Source: Clostridiales bacterium (GTDB lineage: Bacteria; Bacillota; Clostridia; Christensenellales; UBA1242). Taken from it: a DNA stretch of 59,526 bases. The DNA is taken from NCBI GenBank assembly GCA_015069335.1, contig SVIU01000002.1:1-59526 (forward strand), in the 5' to 3' direction. Positions 50,201 to 59,446 of the stretch are shown here, in pieces (the first letter of the stretch is position 1; every line of letters starts with the position of its first letter). Both the position numbers and the translations under genes were made by a program. The notes beneath the pieces were generated by a model. The model did not search any database, was not told the DNA's origin, and saw only the letters and a list, made by a program, of their open reading frames with translations.

Positions 50201-53200
50201 AGAAACTGCAATTAGGTTAACAAGTTATCAAGACATTTTAAACATAAAAGCGGAAAAGCACTATTTTGTTGATGCAAATATTGATTGTTATGGTCAACCA
50301 ATAGATTTGCCAGCGCTAGAGGGCTCATTAAGAGGAACTACAGAGGCAAAACAAATTAAAAATGCGTCAGGGGGTTTTGAAGCAAACCCAGCGTTTGCAA
50401 CATGCAAGCAATCGGGCAGCATAACCAATTTTGTTGTAACAGCAAACAATAGTCACAATTTTGGTATGTTTAGAGAAATTATGACTGGAGCAGAAGTATA
50501 CAACATAAAACTTTCTGGAACATTCCAATTAAATGGACAAGATTCATATGCTGTTACCAACGAAACAAAAATCGGTTTGCTATGTGGCATAAACAATGGA
50601 TCAATAAGCAATGTTTTGGTGGAAATAAACAAGGCAAACACTTTAACCATAACCAATGATGGAGCAAACAAAAACGTATATGTTGGCATTATGGCGGGCG
50701 TTAATAATGGCAAAATCACAATTGACGACAATGCAAAACTTTATACGCTTTTGGTTAGAGTTGACAAAAATCATTCGTTGCGAGTTATTTTAAACAAAGT
50801 TACTGGTGTGTTTGGTGGAGTTTGCGGTTTAAATACTGGCGAAATTTCTCATACCCGTACTAATCCAGAGCCAATGACAATTGGCGAATATGGAATTTCT
50901 GCACACATAAATGCTTCTGTTGAGGCAAATTATGTGGGTGGTTTGGTTGGAGAAATAGCAAAAGGTGCAAGCGATACTAAACTACAAGGCATTAAAATTA
51001 CGGGAGAAATAACCAACACGTCTACAAGTGGATATGTTGCAGGTTTGGTTGGTAGAGTAAACGACAATCAATCAGAAATAAAAAACAACACAACTCGTGT
51101 GTTTGTTAGAGGTTATAATTCTGTTTCGGGCTTGATTGGTTTTATTAATCTTGGTGTAAGCTGCACGTCTTCAATAACTGACAACAAAGTTCAAGCCACT
51201 GATGATGGAACAAGAAAATCCATAGATGCATCTTTGCTTATTAGACACTATGACGAATTACCTGCAGTGGGTGAAGAAATATATTTGTGTAATGATTTAA
51301 CAGAAGACACAACTCAAATTGCTAATTCCAACACTTTTGAAACATATTTCTTTGATAGAGCGTTAGAGGGAGATGCTGTTGCGGCGGCTAATGGTGACGA
51401 GGTGTCTATAAATATTAACAGAAGCCTAGGTGTTGAAAAATACTATGGTGAAAAAATAACAATACACTCAAACGGATCAATCATTAAAAAGCAAATCAAA
51501 TGGAATGATACAAATTACGGAACAGATGATCAAATAGTTGTAACCTTAAATGAATTTATTTTAGCAGCATTTAAAAAAGCATTAAATTCAAATGATCAAG
51601 TATTTGTTGATAATACATTAGATTCAGTTAGCCTGTTAACTGTAGCAGGTGTTACTGCAAAAGAAGTTCAACTTTTAATAGACAAAAAAGAGTTGGCAAC
51701 AGTAGAAAATTATGGAAGGCTAATCAATCTAAACGGATGTGGAAAAATCATATTAACCATTCAGAGTTCTCTAAACTATAAAAACACCAAAAATGTATAT
51801 ATCACAATAACAAATTACTACAAAGAAATAAATATTTATCAAGACAAAGAAAAAACGCAAGCGGCAGATACAACTGTTCAAGTTGTAAACAAGCAAACAA
51901 CAGTGTTGTATATGGATTGTTCTGCAGGTAACTACAATTACAATTCTACACCAATAAGGCTTGCTAGCAATTTGGATATTGACATTAATGCAAGTGTTGC
52001 AACAAACGCTGACAAAGTGGCTATTGATGTTTATGATCAAACCATATTTGTACAATCAAAAGATTACACAAATTTTACAAGCACGCTAACATTTGAAACA
52101 TATTACAACCAAGAAGGCAACAGATTTTTAAAAGACACATCAAAAATTGTAAACTATTCAGACAACAGTCTTACTGCGTACATATTTGTTCCAGAAAGCA
52201 ATACCATTGCAGAGGAAAACAAAGAATATTTAAGAAAAACTTTGCAGGTTTTAACTGGCATAGAAAATATCAAGGTTGACAAAACAATTATAGAGGCAAT
52301 GCCAACCGACAAAATAGAAATGTCAGTAACATATTATGCATATGGTAGTGGAGATAATTTAAATTATGCGTTTGAATTTACAAATGAGGGGCTCGAAGAC
52401 TATATTTATGCTTTAAACGCCGAAGATAAAGTTATTGACGAAAATGGTAAGGTTTTATTTACAATAATTAAATCAGATAAACAAGCCATAGCTGGTCAAG
52501 CCAACAAATATAAACAACATTTTACTATCTCAATGAATAGTGGTGACTTGAGCGTTTATGAGAAATTAAAAAATTGCAAAATTCAACTAACATTCTCTTC
52601 TGAATTGGCAAGTATGCAAAATGCGAACACAACAATTGAATATGGTCCAGAACAAATTTCTGCCGTTCTCATCAACAACTTTAGTTTTGAAACAAACGAC
52701 GGAATGATTGATGAAGCAAATCGTATAGTTTATGAAGATAGAGTATTGTATTCGGGAAGACAAGTTTCAACTGGTGATCTCAATGTTGCAAATGCCTATG
52801 TTTATACAAAATGTAGCGAGTTTGATTATGTTGATATCACTCTCAATACAGGCTCTACTTTAGGATATTTAGCATTATTAGAAAATGTTGACGATCAAGG
52901 CAATGCGCTTGTTGACGATCAAGATAATAAATATGCTAAAATTTCAACCAAATCAGTTTACACATCAATTTCTGGTGTTGCAACTATGAGGGTTTATAAA
53001 AATAACTTAAACTTAAATGTAGCAGGTGATTACTTATTTATAAGCATTCTTTATTCTATACCACAAGAAATTCCAGATAACACAATAATAAATTTAAATT
53101 ATACCTTCTACAAACGCAATTCAGAAAATATATATGATGTATGCTTTATTGCACAAGAAAATTTAATTGCAAAGGCTGGAAACAAAGTAACATTTGTTGT

Positions 53201-56200
53201 TGACGGACAAAAAATTGTTGAGGGACACTATAATTTGGTTAGAGGCAAAACATACAGCCTTACACCAACAATTGTTGGTTATGAAGAGTCTGAAGTTTGT
53301 TTTGAAGCGTCAAATCCTGCATTGATTAATATACAAAAAACCGGCAGCGAATATTATTTAACAGTTACAAATGCTGGGTTGGCATACGGTGATGATGCTG
53401 ATGCTTATTATACTTCGGTAAATTCTTTTGGTAAAAAAGATAACGACGATTCAAAAATTGGAAGAATAACAACAACCAACTTTAAAATTTTTGAATGTTT
53501 GATGGATCAACAAAACTTGTTTACTGAAAATCAAATTGCGTTAAGGCTTTTAGAAAGTGTTGATGTTAGAGAAGTCCTTGCACAAAAATTAAATATTGAT
53601 TATACAGATGTTGCAAAGGACGGCAAAGAATCAACAATTGAAAGCTTTAAAGAAAATGCAAATTTTTATATTCAACTTGACAGTGGCGAAACAATAGAGT
53701 TACAAACAGGCGAAAGTTTTGAAAGGGAAACATTTAAGGTTGACGGTTTTAACATAATGCCAAAAATAATTTTGCCTGAAAGTGATTTCAAAATTGTTGT
53801 AAACTGTGATATTTCTTATGAAAAAGGCTTGCCAAAAATTGAAGCACTTGAAAACAATTTTGCAACAGTTGATGTTAATGTGTTCTTAAATTCGTTTGAA
53901 GACAAGCCTGCACCAATATTTGACTATCAAGATTTATTAGAAATGGTTGATGATGGCTACTATAGGCTTGTTGACAATATCGACATAAGAGCAAATCAAT
54001 TCCAAATGATAACAGCAAAACCAAAAATGTTGGATGGAAATGGATATTCAATTAATATTTGGGGTGGAGATATAAGTATTGACGAGGAAACGGGTGGCAG
54101 GTTTGCTTTATTTGAAACAATAAATGAAAGTGCAATATTCAAAAATATAAAAGTTGTTATTAAAAACAACTTAAAAGTTTTATACCCAGAACAACAAGGC
54201 ACGCAAGGTGCAAACATTGCAATTTTGGCAGTAAACAACAATGGAATAATCACCAATTGTTCAATTTTGGGTGAGGGCAATTTGCAGGTTGAAGTTCATG
54301 GCGGAGTTTCTGTTATTGAGCAATCATATTTTGGTGCTATATGTACACATAATAATGGATATATAACCAATAGCCAAGTCGAGTGCAACATTAAGGTTGA
54401 CGGTTTATCTCTTGGCGGAATTGCAGCAACAAATGCTGGGCATATTGCTAGCACTTATATTAAAAACTCAAGAATTGAAAATGCAACCAAAACAACAAAT
54501 GAAAACATTGTAAGTGGTGGATTTGTATACAATAATAGTGGTTCAATTTATACAAGCTTTATTGAGGGCATAAATTACAATAGAATCTTTTGTGAATATG
54601 CTGGAGATGACAAGAGTATAAATTCAAAAATAATTTATACTTCAACAAAAGTTGCAGCATTTGCTTATTTAAATAGCGGAACAATAACTGATTGTTATTC
54701 AAATATACCGGTTGTTTCATCAAACCTTTGTTCTGGATTTGTTGGAACAGCGCAAGGTGGTCAAATAACAAGAACATTCTCGTTAAGCCATCTTAATTCA
54801 AACAATGATCTAAATTATGGTTTTGTAATAAGATACGAAAATGCGGTTTTTGAAGAATGTTATTTTGTCATAGAAGACGACTTAATAAATTATGATACAT
54901 CTACAACAAATTACACAATACAAGAAGGTCAATATGTGGGTAAAATTGATGGTGTTGAACCAGCATCAATAAAGGATTTCAACCCGTATAATTCTCGCAT
55001 TGCTCAGTTTAAAAATGATGATTATAAATTTAAAAACTTTATCACAAACGATCAAAAAGCAAATGGTGTATGGTTCTTTGTTTCTGACACAACTCAAGAG
55101 GGTACAGCTCTAGACTATCTAACTTATAGTTTAACAAATGATGAATTTAAAAATTATGATGGAACAAATCAAAGCTTTAGTGCAAAACGCTTGCATTTGG
55201 TTGCTCCAAACATAAAAGCATATTCACAATATGAATTTGTTTTTGAATCAGAAACAGATTTGGCAACAGGCGAATATAATTATGAATTAAAAGATAGTCC
55301 AAATTATGGCTCAAAATACAATCCATATATTATTTCCAACGCTGTAGAACTTGAAGAGTTCTTTAATCAAAGAAACAAAGGTTCTTATGAATACTTCAGA
55401 ATAGTGTCGGATATTGACTATGTCGAAGATGATGTATTCACATCAAAATTATACAATAAATCTCTTGTGGGCAATATTGAGGGAAATGGTTTAACAATTG
55501 AGGGCTATGCTGTAAACACAATAGAAACTTATTTATCAGCAGGTTTTGTTGCAAACTTTGGTACAGAAAGCAATAATGCTTCAGTTATAAAAAATCTTAC
55601 GTTAATTCCAAGATATATAAACTTGCCAAACTGCAGTTATGTTGGTGCGTTTGCTGGTAGCTTTGTCAAAGCTGATGCCTTTAATATTAATATAATTGCT
55701 CCAGATGTGGCAATTGTTGGTAAAAACATTGTAGGTGGCTTGGCAGGCGTAACAACGGACAACAATAACATAAAGAACTGTTTTGTTGATATTAAAGTAA
55801 AAGTTGCTTACTACAACACACAAGTAATAAACCAAAAAGCTCATGACGAAAGCATATTATACAAAGAAAATGGAGTAGATAGAGCAAAAGCTTCTTATGC
55901 TGGAGCAATTGTTGGTTTTGCTGGTGGTATAACAAATGTTTATAATGTAAATATTGGCGATAATGTAATAACCTCAGCAATGATTGCAGGCCTAATGTTT
56001 GGTGGAATTGGAGCTTTTGCAAAAATAACAAACATTGATGCAAATTTAAATTCATACTCTCATCAAGTGGTTGCCTATGTTTATGCGGGTTTAATTGCTG
56101 GAGAAAACCGTGGCGAAATAAATAATATAAGCATAAATTCCACAATTTTAAACAAAGAAATGTTCTCTTGCCATCCAATTACTCCTCTTGCTATTGGTGG

Positions 56201-56939
56201 TGTGGCAGGTCTTGGCAATGGTGGAAAACTTTACAACTTAACATCAACCGATGGCTATGCGGTAATTGGTGCAAAATATTTTGAAGAAAAAATCCACAAC
56301 CCATACATTGCAAAATATGTTGGTGGTATTTATGGCTATGCATACGACATAACAATTGATAATATTGAAATTGGCGGAAATATTACTAAAGATGCAAACG
56401 GCAATAAAACTGGCATAACTTCAAATGACAAAGGCCTTGCAATTGTTGGTGGAAACTATGTTGGCGGTTTGGTTGGAAATTTGTACAGCAAAGTTGCAAC
56501 AAACGCTTCAATAATCAAAAATGCTTATGTTGAATTGCTTAACAGTGTTTCATATATAAATGCCGAAGGAAACAGCACCACAGAAAGTTTAATTTTCTCA
56601 TATGTTAGCGAAGCAACTGGTGAATATCTTCCAAACTTTATCTTTGATGACAACAAAACTCAAAGCTTTGGTACAATTTTTGGTGGATTTAATCAAGGAT
56701 TAAACACTACCAATTATGCAAACAATAAAATTATCACCAATGGCAAATTAAAAGCGGAATTTGAAGAATTTGGTTTGCGTACGGAAGATATAGGAGATTA
56801 TATTGGAGTACATACTACAGCAAAATATAACGCTTTAAATGGTGGAGTGAGTGGTGATTATAAAATTTCTGATAATTTTGATTGGACATTTAAAAACCTT
56901 TCTACAAACACTGTATACGACATAATAGATTATGAATAA
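47253..56939 (+). CDS. Giant lipoprotein (3228 aa), paralogous architecture: Ig-like domains plus three GLUG-type beta-helix modules
   Basis: CAGGAGAG RBS. MKKILSIVTFVILIFSGVLMSGC contains a lipobox. Module heads lie at about 50180, 53895 and 55300. Repeats include IGLLCGINNGSISNV, VGIMAGVNNGKITID, LGGIAATNAGHIAST and VGGLAGVTTDNNNIKNC. Confidence 0.95.
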   Translation: MKKILSIVTFVILIFSGVLMSGCGQDYSSLSLSFDLNNSSKIELSVGDEAKEYFVKIENYYEFDPVFTFSFAEDVATVKSYQKATNDGVYKFSITPLRPGETTLSLDLSGLNKPLKIPVRVTNDIVGFAPTNQIYATRGNTLQLNSSLFTFTPPDTSQTGLNFDLKTVFDGLTLDSNTNTLTVPANYTAAEIVLNVTSKSNASIFEEITIKVVDPIDIQDFQVAYASQDITNPEDFAAQQDVVFDNQETPLVFTISEAHSFQKRFYVQADEQTWTKNYLVDITLENNQSTPNVFLIGGGVLQLKQQASDFDFTVVANDISSQGLLKFKFYQADYPDNCVEQIVYLKATCVPTAIKINGQDSLQPVELYTNSDDAKEYAFSVAPSKAQKDDYNYSFQFYSVTTNTAPEWQNIVSEANIKTQIPAALEVKYGGAKIVDCGNEYDLSNLNTILSLKALNFLPDTYFAIKITCFQQVDGVRTDLCENVIYFQVIEGVMHFSVNSEYKEGIYLDLRTFDPNGSGIQFAGFDANGSVGNLTITQIGQGTNVCQMTQVGKDAKLNIIPLYEGVCEYLITTENGKETRLKVFVIKTIQQKDFSITLDQNGNQNISAYDEIAKIDGGQKTLTSLTIKGLNSQANLKININSDAKNLDLSYECEITVDATASAYFEMQNGKTIVTKNNFTGDNTTYWASVNLTIYKVDTEPTSATYLQRTAIPIQGNYNIQLKSVNYVKELALYTNNNQQSDDRTKIVSIYNKNELSYINENLATVYFYLDLTLGENTAQLNSEFNLSNWKFSSNLNSNYSLTELSSGQAQVGNVGTFEFLPQRESNDFVGRFTYEYSSVMIISQITVVFNFKDQNTGVDFSSSVELKIEKYINVDSIWLDSPETSIYLDNTAQYSTKTISTFILPANAMCKDVRVMVDTVYTNCIKVDVNQNIIKLTYLSAGAGIIRIFPVSTMKTNSYTNANGDYYYHLALKFVAADGASQETAIRLTSYQDILNIKAEKHYFVDANIDCYGQPIDLPALEGSLRGTTEAKQIKNASGGFEANPAFATCKQSGSITNFVVTANNSHNFGMFREIMTGAEVYNIKLSGTFQLNGQDSYAVTNETKIGLLCGINNGSISNVLVEINKANTLTITNDGANKNVYVGIMAGVNNGKITIDDNAKLYTLLVRVDKNHSLRVILNKVTGVFGGVCGLNTGEISHTRTNPEPMTIGEYGISAHINASVEANYVGGLVGEIAKGASDTKLQGIKITGEITNTSTSGYVAGLVGRVNDNQSEIKNNTTRVFVRGYNSVSGLIGFINLGVSCTSSITDNKVQATDDGTRKSIDASLLIRHYDELPAVGEEIYLCNDLTEDTTQIANSNTFETYFFDRALEGDAVAAANGDEVSININRSLGVEKYYGEKITIHSNGSIIKKQIKWNDTNYGTDDQIVVTLNEFILAAFKKALNSNDQVFVDNTLDSVSLLTVAGVTAKEVQLLIDKKELATVENYGRLINLNGCGKIILTIQSSLNYKNTKNVYITITNYYKEINIYQDKEKTQAADTTVQVVNKQTTVLYMDCSAGNYNYNSTPIRLASNLDIDINASVATNADKVAIDVYDQTIFVQSKDYTNFTSTLTFETYYNQEGNRFLKDTSKIVNYSDNSLTAYIFVPESNTIAEENKEYLRKTLQVLTGIENIKVDKTIIEAMPTDKIEMSVTYYAYGSGDNLNYAFEFTNEGLEDYIYALNAEDKVIDENGKVLFTIIKSDKQAIAGQANKYKQHFTISMNSGDLSVYEKLKNCKIQLTFSSELASMQNANTTIEYGPEQISAVLINNFSFETNDGMIDEANRIVYEDRVLYSGRQVSTGDLNVANAYVYTKCSEFDYVDITLNTGSTLGYLALLENVDDQGNALVDDQDNKYAKISTKSVYTSISGVATMRVYKNNLNLNVAGDYLFISILYSIPQEIPDNTIINLNYTFYKRNSENIYDVCFIAQENLIAKAGNKVTFVVDGQKIVEGHYNLVRGKTYSLTPTIVGYEESEVCFEASNPALINIQKTGSEYYLTVTNAGLAYGDDADAYYTSVNSFGKKDNDDSKIGRITTTNFKIFECLMDQQNLFTENQIALRLLESVDVREVLAQKLNIDYTDVAKDGKESTIESFKENANFYIQLDSGETIELQTGESFERETFKVDGFNIMPKIILPESDFKIVVNCDISYEKGLPKIEALENNFATVDVNVFLNSFEDKPAPIFDYQDLLEMVDDGYYRLVDNIDIRANQFQMITAKPKMLDGNGYSINIWGGDISIDEETGGRFALFETINESAIFKNIKVVIKNNLKVLYPEQQGTQGANIAILAVNNNGIITNCSILGEGNLQVEVHGGVSVIEQSYFGAICTHNNGYITNSQVECNIKVDGLSLGGIAATNAGHIASTYIKNSRIENATKTTNENIVSGGFVYNNSGSIYTSFIEGINYNRIFCEYAGDDKSINSKIIYTSTKVAAFAYLNSGTITDCYSNIPVVSSNLCSGFVGTAQGGQITRTFSLSHLNSNNDLNYGFVIRYENAVFEECYFVIEDDLINYDTSTTNYTIQEGQYVGKIDGVEPASIKDFNPYNSRIAQFKNDDYKFKNFITNDQKANGVWFFVSDTTQEGTALDYLTYSLTNDEFKNYDGTNQSFSAKRLHLVAPNIKAYSQYEFVFESETDLATGEYNYELKDSPNYGSKYNPYIISNAVELEEFFNQRNKGSYEYFRIVSDIDYVEDDVFTSKLYNKSLVGNIEGNGLTIEGYAVNTIETYLSAGFVANFGTESNNASVIKNLTLIPRYINLPNCSYVGAFAGSFVKADAFNINIIAPDVAIVGKNIVGGLAGVTTDNNNIKNCFVDIKVKVAYYNTQVINQKAHDESILYKENGVDRAKASYAGAIVGFAGGITNVYNVNIGDNVITSAMIAGLMFGGIGAFAKITNIDANLNSYSHQVVAYVYAGLIAGENRGEINNISINSTILNKEMFSCHPITPLAIGGVAGLGNGGKLYNLTSTDGYAVIGAKYFEEKIHNPYIAKYVGGIYGYAYDITIDNIEIGGNITKDANGNKTGITSNDKGLAIVGGNYVGGLVGNLYSKVATNASIIKNAYVELLNSVSYINAEGNSTTESLIFSYVSEATGEYLPNFIFDDNKTQSFGTIFGGFNQGLNTTNYANNKIITNGKLKAEFEEFGLRTEDIGDYIGVHTTAKYNALNGGVSGDYKISDNFDWTFKNLSTNTVYDIIDYE

Positions 56940-56990
56940 AGAGTAAAAAACAAATAAAGAGTTAGTTTTTTATGATATTTACTTAGAAAA

Positions 56991-57020
56991 AAACACAAGC
57001 ACAGAGCTTGTGTTTTTTTT
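56991..57020 (+). terminator. Intrinsic terminator ending the giant-gene operon
   Basis: Stem AAACACAAGC/GCTTGTGTTT, loop ACAGA, then a T-run. Confidence 0.85.
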
Positions 57021-57072
57021 GGCTTCTTAAATCAAAGAAAATCTCACTTCGCTTAAATTGTTCTTGCTAGCA

Positions 57073-57100
57073 CAAAAAAAGGGCACTAAAAAGTGCCCTT
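57073..57100 (-). terminator. Intrinsic terminator of spoVG
   Basis: Stem AAGGGCACT/AGTGCCCTT with a T-run on the minus strand. Confidence 0.85.
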
Positions 57101-57112
57101 AAAATTAAAAAC

Positions 57113-57376
57113 TTACGCTCTTGGAGTGTTGTGATAAGCCTCAATAATTCTTGTGTTTAACATTTCTCTAATTTCAGTTTTGATTGGGTGAGCAATGTCA
57201 ATATGAGTGCCGTCTGGGGCTTTTTTTGATGGCATGCTAATAAACAAACCGTCTTTTCCCTCAATAACTTTTATGTCGTGAACAACAAAGCATTCATCAA
57301 TAGTGATTTGTGCAACTGCTTTAAGTTTGCTGTCCTCTTTGTCAATGTGTCTGATTCTAATTTCTGTAATGTTCAA
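57113..57376 (-). CDS. spoVG: Septation/regulatory protein SpoVG
   Basis: MNITEIRIRHIDKEDSKLKAVAQITIDECFVVHDIKVIEGKDGLFISMPSKK. AAAGGAAGG RBS on the minus strand. Confidence 0.97.
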   Translation of the reverse strand: MNITEIRIRHIDKEDSKLKAVAQITIDECFVVHDIKVIEGKDGLFISMPSKKAPDGTHIDIAHPIKTEIREMLNTRIIEAYHNTPRA

Positions 57377-57490
57377 ATTTGTATACCTTCCTTTTTTTGT
57401 TTATTGCTATAATTATCTAGCAAAAATATTTTAGCATAACCAAAAATTTTTACAAAACATTTTTTATATTTTTTTCATATATTAAAAGAA

Positions 57491-58903
57491 ATGACAACAA
57501 AAAATTCAAATATTAATCAAATAAATCAAATTTTAATGCTAAAAAACACAAGTTTAACACAAAAAATCAAGGTGCACCTTGCCGGAATTGGTGGTGTGAG
57601 TATGTATTCGCTTGCAATTTTTTTAATAAATAATGGTTTTTGTGTGAGCGGAAGTGATATATCAAATAGCCAAAATGTAAAAAACCTAAAAAAGTTGGGC
57701 GTTATTGTTTATTCTAATCATAGCAAACAAAACATAAAAGATTGTGATGTTGTGGTTTATAGCAATGCTGTGGAAACTTGCGAAGAAGTTGTTTTTGCAA
57801 AAAAGCAAGGCAAAATTGTTGTTTCACGCAGTAAACTTCTAGGCCAAATTTTAAAAGAGTACAAATCGCCAATTTGTGTGGCGGGCGCGCATGGCAAAAC
57901 CACCACAACAGCATTAATTTATCACATTTTAAAATTTGCCAACAAACAACCAAGTTTGCATTTGGGCGGAAATTTAATAGAAAGCAAACAATGTTTTGAC
58001 TACAACAACGGCGAGCATATGGTTTGCGAGGCGTGTGAATATAAAAATTCCTTTTTGGACTTGCAGGCTGGCATTGGCGTAGTTTTAAACCTTGCCAACG
58101 AACATTTGGACTTTTTTAAGAATTTTCAAAACATAAAAAATTCGTTTGCAAAGTTTTGCAAAAACAGCAAAAAGGTTGTAATTTTTGAGGGCAGTCAAAT
58201 AACCAATGATGTTATAAAAACAAAGGGCAAAAAAAATGTTACTACTTTTGGTTTTGAACATGGCGATTTTATTGCAAAAAACATTATATTTATTGACGGC
58301 GAATATACTTTTGACTGTTTTAAATATGGCAAATTTTTTGCAAAAATAAAAACAAGACTCGTAGGCGAGCATAACATTTTAAATTGTTTGGCAAGCATTG
58401 CCGTTTGCGATATGCTTGGGGTTGGCAAAGACCAAATTGCTCTGGCAATTCAAAACTTTTTGGGTGTTGAGAGGCGGTTTGAATATTTAGACAAATCAAA
58501 AATGCTTGTTTTTGACTATGCACATCACCCCGACGAAATCAGCGCAACATTAAAGGAATTTTTTAAACTGGTTAAATCCAAAAACAAAAATCAAAAAACG
58601 CTGGTGGTGTTTCAACCACACACTTACAGCCGTACAAAAAGTTTGATGAGCGATTTTAAAAAGTGTTTTGCCACTTGCCAAGATATTGCAATTTTAAAAA
58701 CTTATTCCGCACGCGAAAAATATTTCAAAAGCGGCAGCGCAAGGACTCTAGCTAAAAATCTTGGAGCAAATGCGGTTTATTTGCCCGACAAAAAATCAGC
58801 AAGGGCTTATATCTTGAAAAAAATTTACACTGGTTACGCCGTTTTGTTCCTAGGCGCGGGCGATATTTACTCTCAAGCGAAAAATATTATCAAATTGTGT
58901 TGA
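57491..58903 (+). CDS. murC: UDP-N-acetylmuramate--L-alanine ligase
   Basis: VHLAGIGGVSMYSLAIFL, VAGAHGKTTTTALI and DYAHHPDEI. The start is uncertain; an alternative ATG lies at 57536. Confidence 0.93.
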   Translation: MTTKNSNINQINQILMLKNTSLTQKIKVHLAGIGGVSMYSLAIFLINNGFCVSGSDISNSQNVKNLKKLGVIVYSNHSKQNIKDCDVVVYSNAVETCEEVVFAKKQGKIVVSRSKLLGQILKEYKSPICVAGAHGKTTTTALIYHILKFANKQPSLHLGGNLIESKQCFDYNNGEHMVCEACEYKNSFLDLQAGIGVVLNLANEHLDFFKNFQNIKNSFAKFCKNSKKVVIFEGSQITNDVIKTKGKKNVTTFGFEHGDFIAKNIIFIDGEYTFDCFKYGKFFAKIKTRLVGEHNILNCLASIAVCDMLGVGKDQIALAIQNFLGVERRFEYLDKSKMLVFDYAHHPDEISATLKEFFKLVKSKNKNQKTLVVFQPHTYSRTKSLMSDFKKCFATCQDIAILKTYSAREKYFKSGSARTLAKNLGANAVYLPDKKSARAYILKKIYTGYAVLFLGAGDIYSQAKNIIKLC

Positions 58904-58968
58904 CAAGTGTATTTTTATATGATAAAATCATTCCGTTAAATCGTTAAATTAAGGAAAGGTGAGTCATT

Positions 58969-59172
58969 ATGAAACAAGAATTACATCCAAATTACCACGA
59001 AGTTACAGTTGTTTGCGCTTGCGGAAACACTTTTAAAACAGGCTCTGCAGTAGCCGGAGATACAATCAAAGTTGACATTTGCAACAAATGCCACCCATTT
59101 TTCACAGGCAAACAAAAAGTTGTAGATGCTAGTGGTAGATTAGAAAAATTCAAAGCAAAACACAATATGTAA
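58969..59172 (+). CDS. rpmE: 50S ribosomal protein L31 (Zn-ribbon type)
   Basis: [26 protein letters not shown]...[24 protein letters not shown]. Confidence 0.97.
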   Translation: MKQELHPNYHEVTVVCACGNTFKTGSAVAGDTIKVDICNKCHPFFTGKQKVVDASGRLEKFKAKHNM

Positions 59173-59190
59173 TTTGCAAAACAAAAAGTC

Positions 59191-59219
59191 TGCAAGGGTT
59201 TTTACCCTTGCATTTTTTT
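59191..59219 (+). terminator. Intrinsic terminator after rpmE
   Basis: 9-bp stem TGCAAGGGT/ACCCTTGCA, loop TTTT, then a T7 run. Confidence 0.9.
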
Positions 59220-59254
59220 ATTGCTCAACTTATTTCAAAGTTTGTTGACCTTAT

Positions 59255-59446
59255 TTTAAGCCTCCCCCTCTCGTTTTGGGGGAGGTGGCAGCCCTTTCGG
59301 GGACCCCAAAAAGCCCAACATAGTGGACTTTTTGGGGAGAGGAAATGCCAGTCGCAAAGCGAAAATTTTGCTAGTTGCAAAATTGAAGCCAAAAGGCTGT
59401 GCATTGACGAGGAAGGGGTGTTTGACATTATAAAAATTTAATTTAA
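59255..59446 (+). ncRNA. GC-rich, hairpin-dense candidate structured RNA (riboswitch or sRNA; class unresolved)
   Basis: Stems CCTCCCCC/GGGGGAGG (59261-59285) and CCCCAAAAAG/CTTTTTGGGG (59304-59337), both enclosed by TGGCA/TGCCA (59286-59349). Further stems TCGC/GCGA, AATTTTGC/GCAAAATT and AGCC/GGCT. Local G+C is far above the surroundings. Confidence 0.35.

Noticed and set aside
31366-56939. About 35 short antisense or out-of-frame ORFs (60-130 aa) inside the two giant genes
   Set aside because: All are embedded in long uninterrupted ORFs with coherent repeat architecture. They lack RBSs and show low-complexity translations.
31366-56939. Search for an embedded zinc-protease (HExxH, as in IgA1 proteases) or a sortase/LPxTG anchor in the giant proteins
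   Set aside because: No HExxH motif, no LPxTG motif and no C-terminal hydrophobic anchor were found by eye. The proteins therefore cannot be called proteases or sortase substrates.
59208-59441. 77-aa plus-strand and 67-aa minus-strand ORFs after rpmE
   Set aside because: They have no RBS and overlap each other on opposite strands. Their sequences derive from G/C-rich hairpins bounded by two terminators, so an RNA element is the better explanation.
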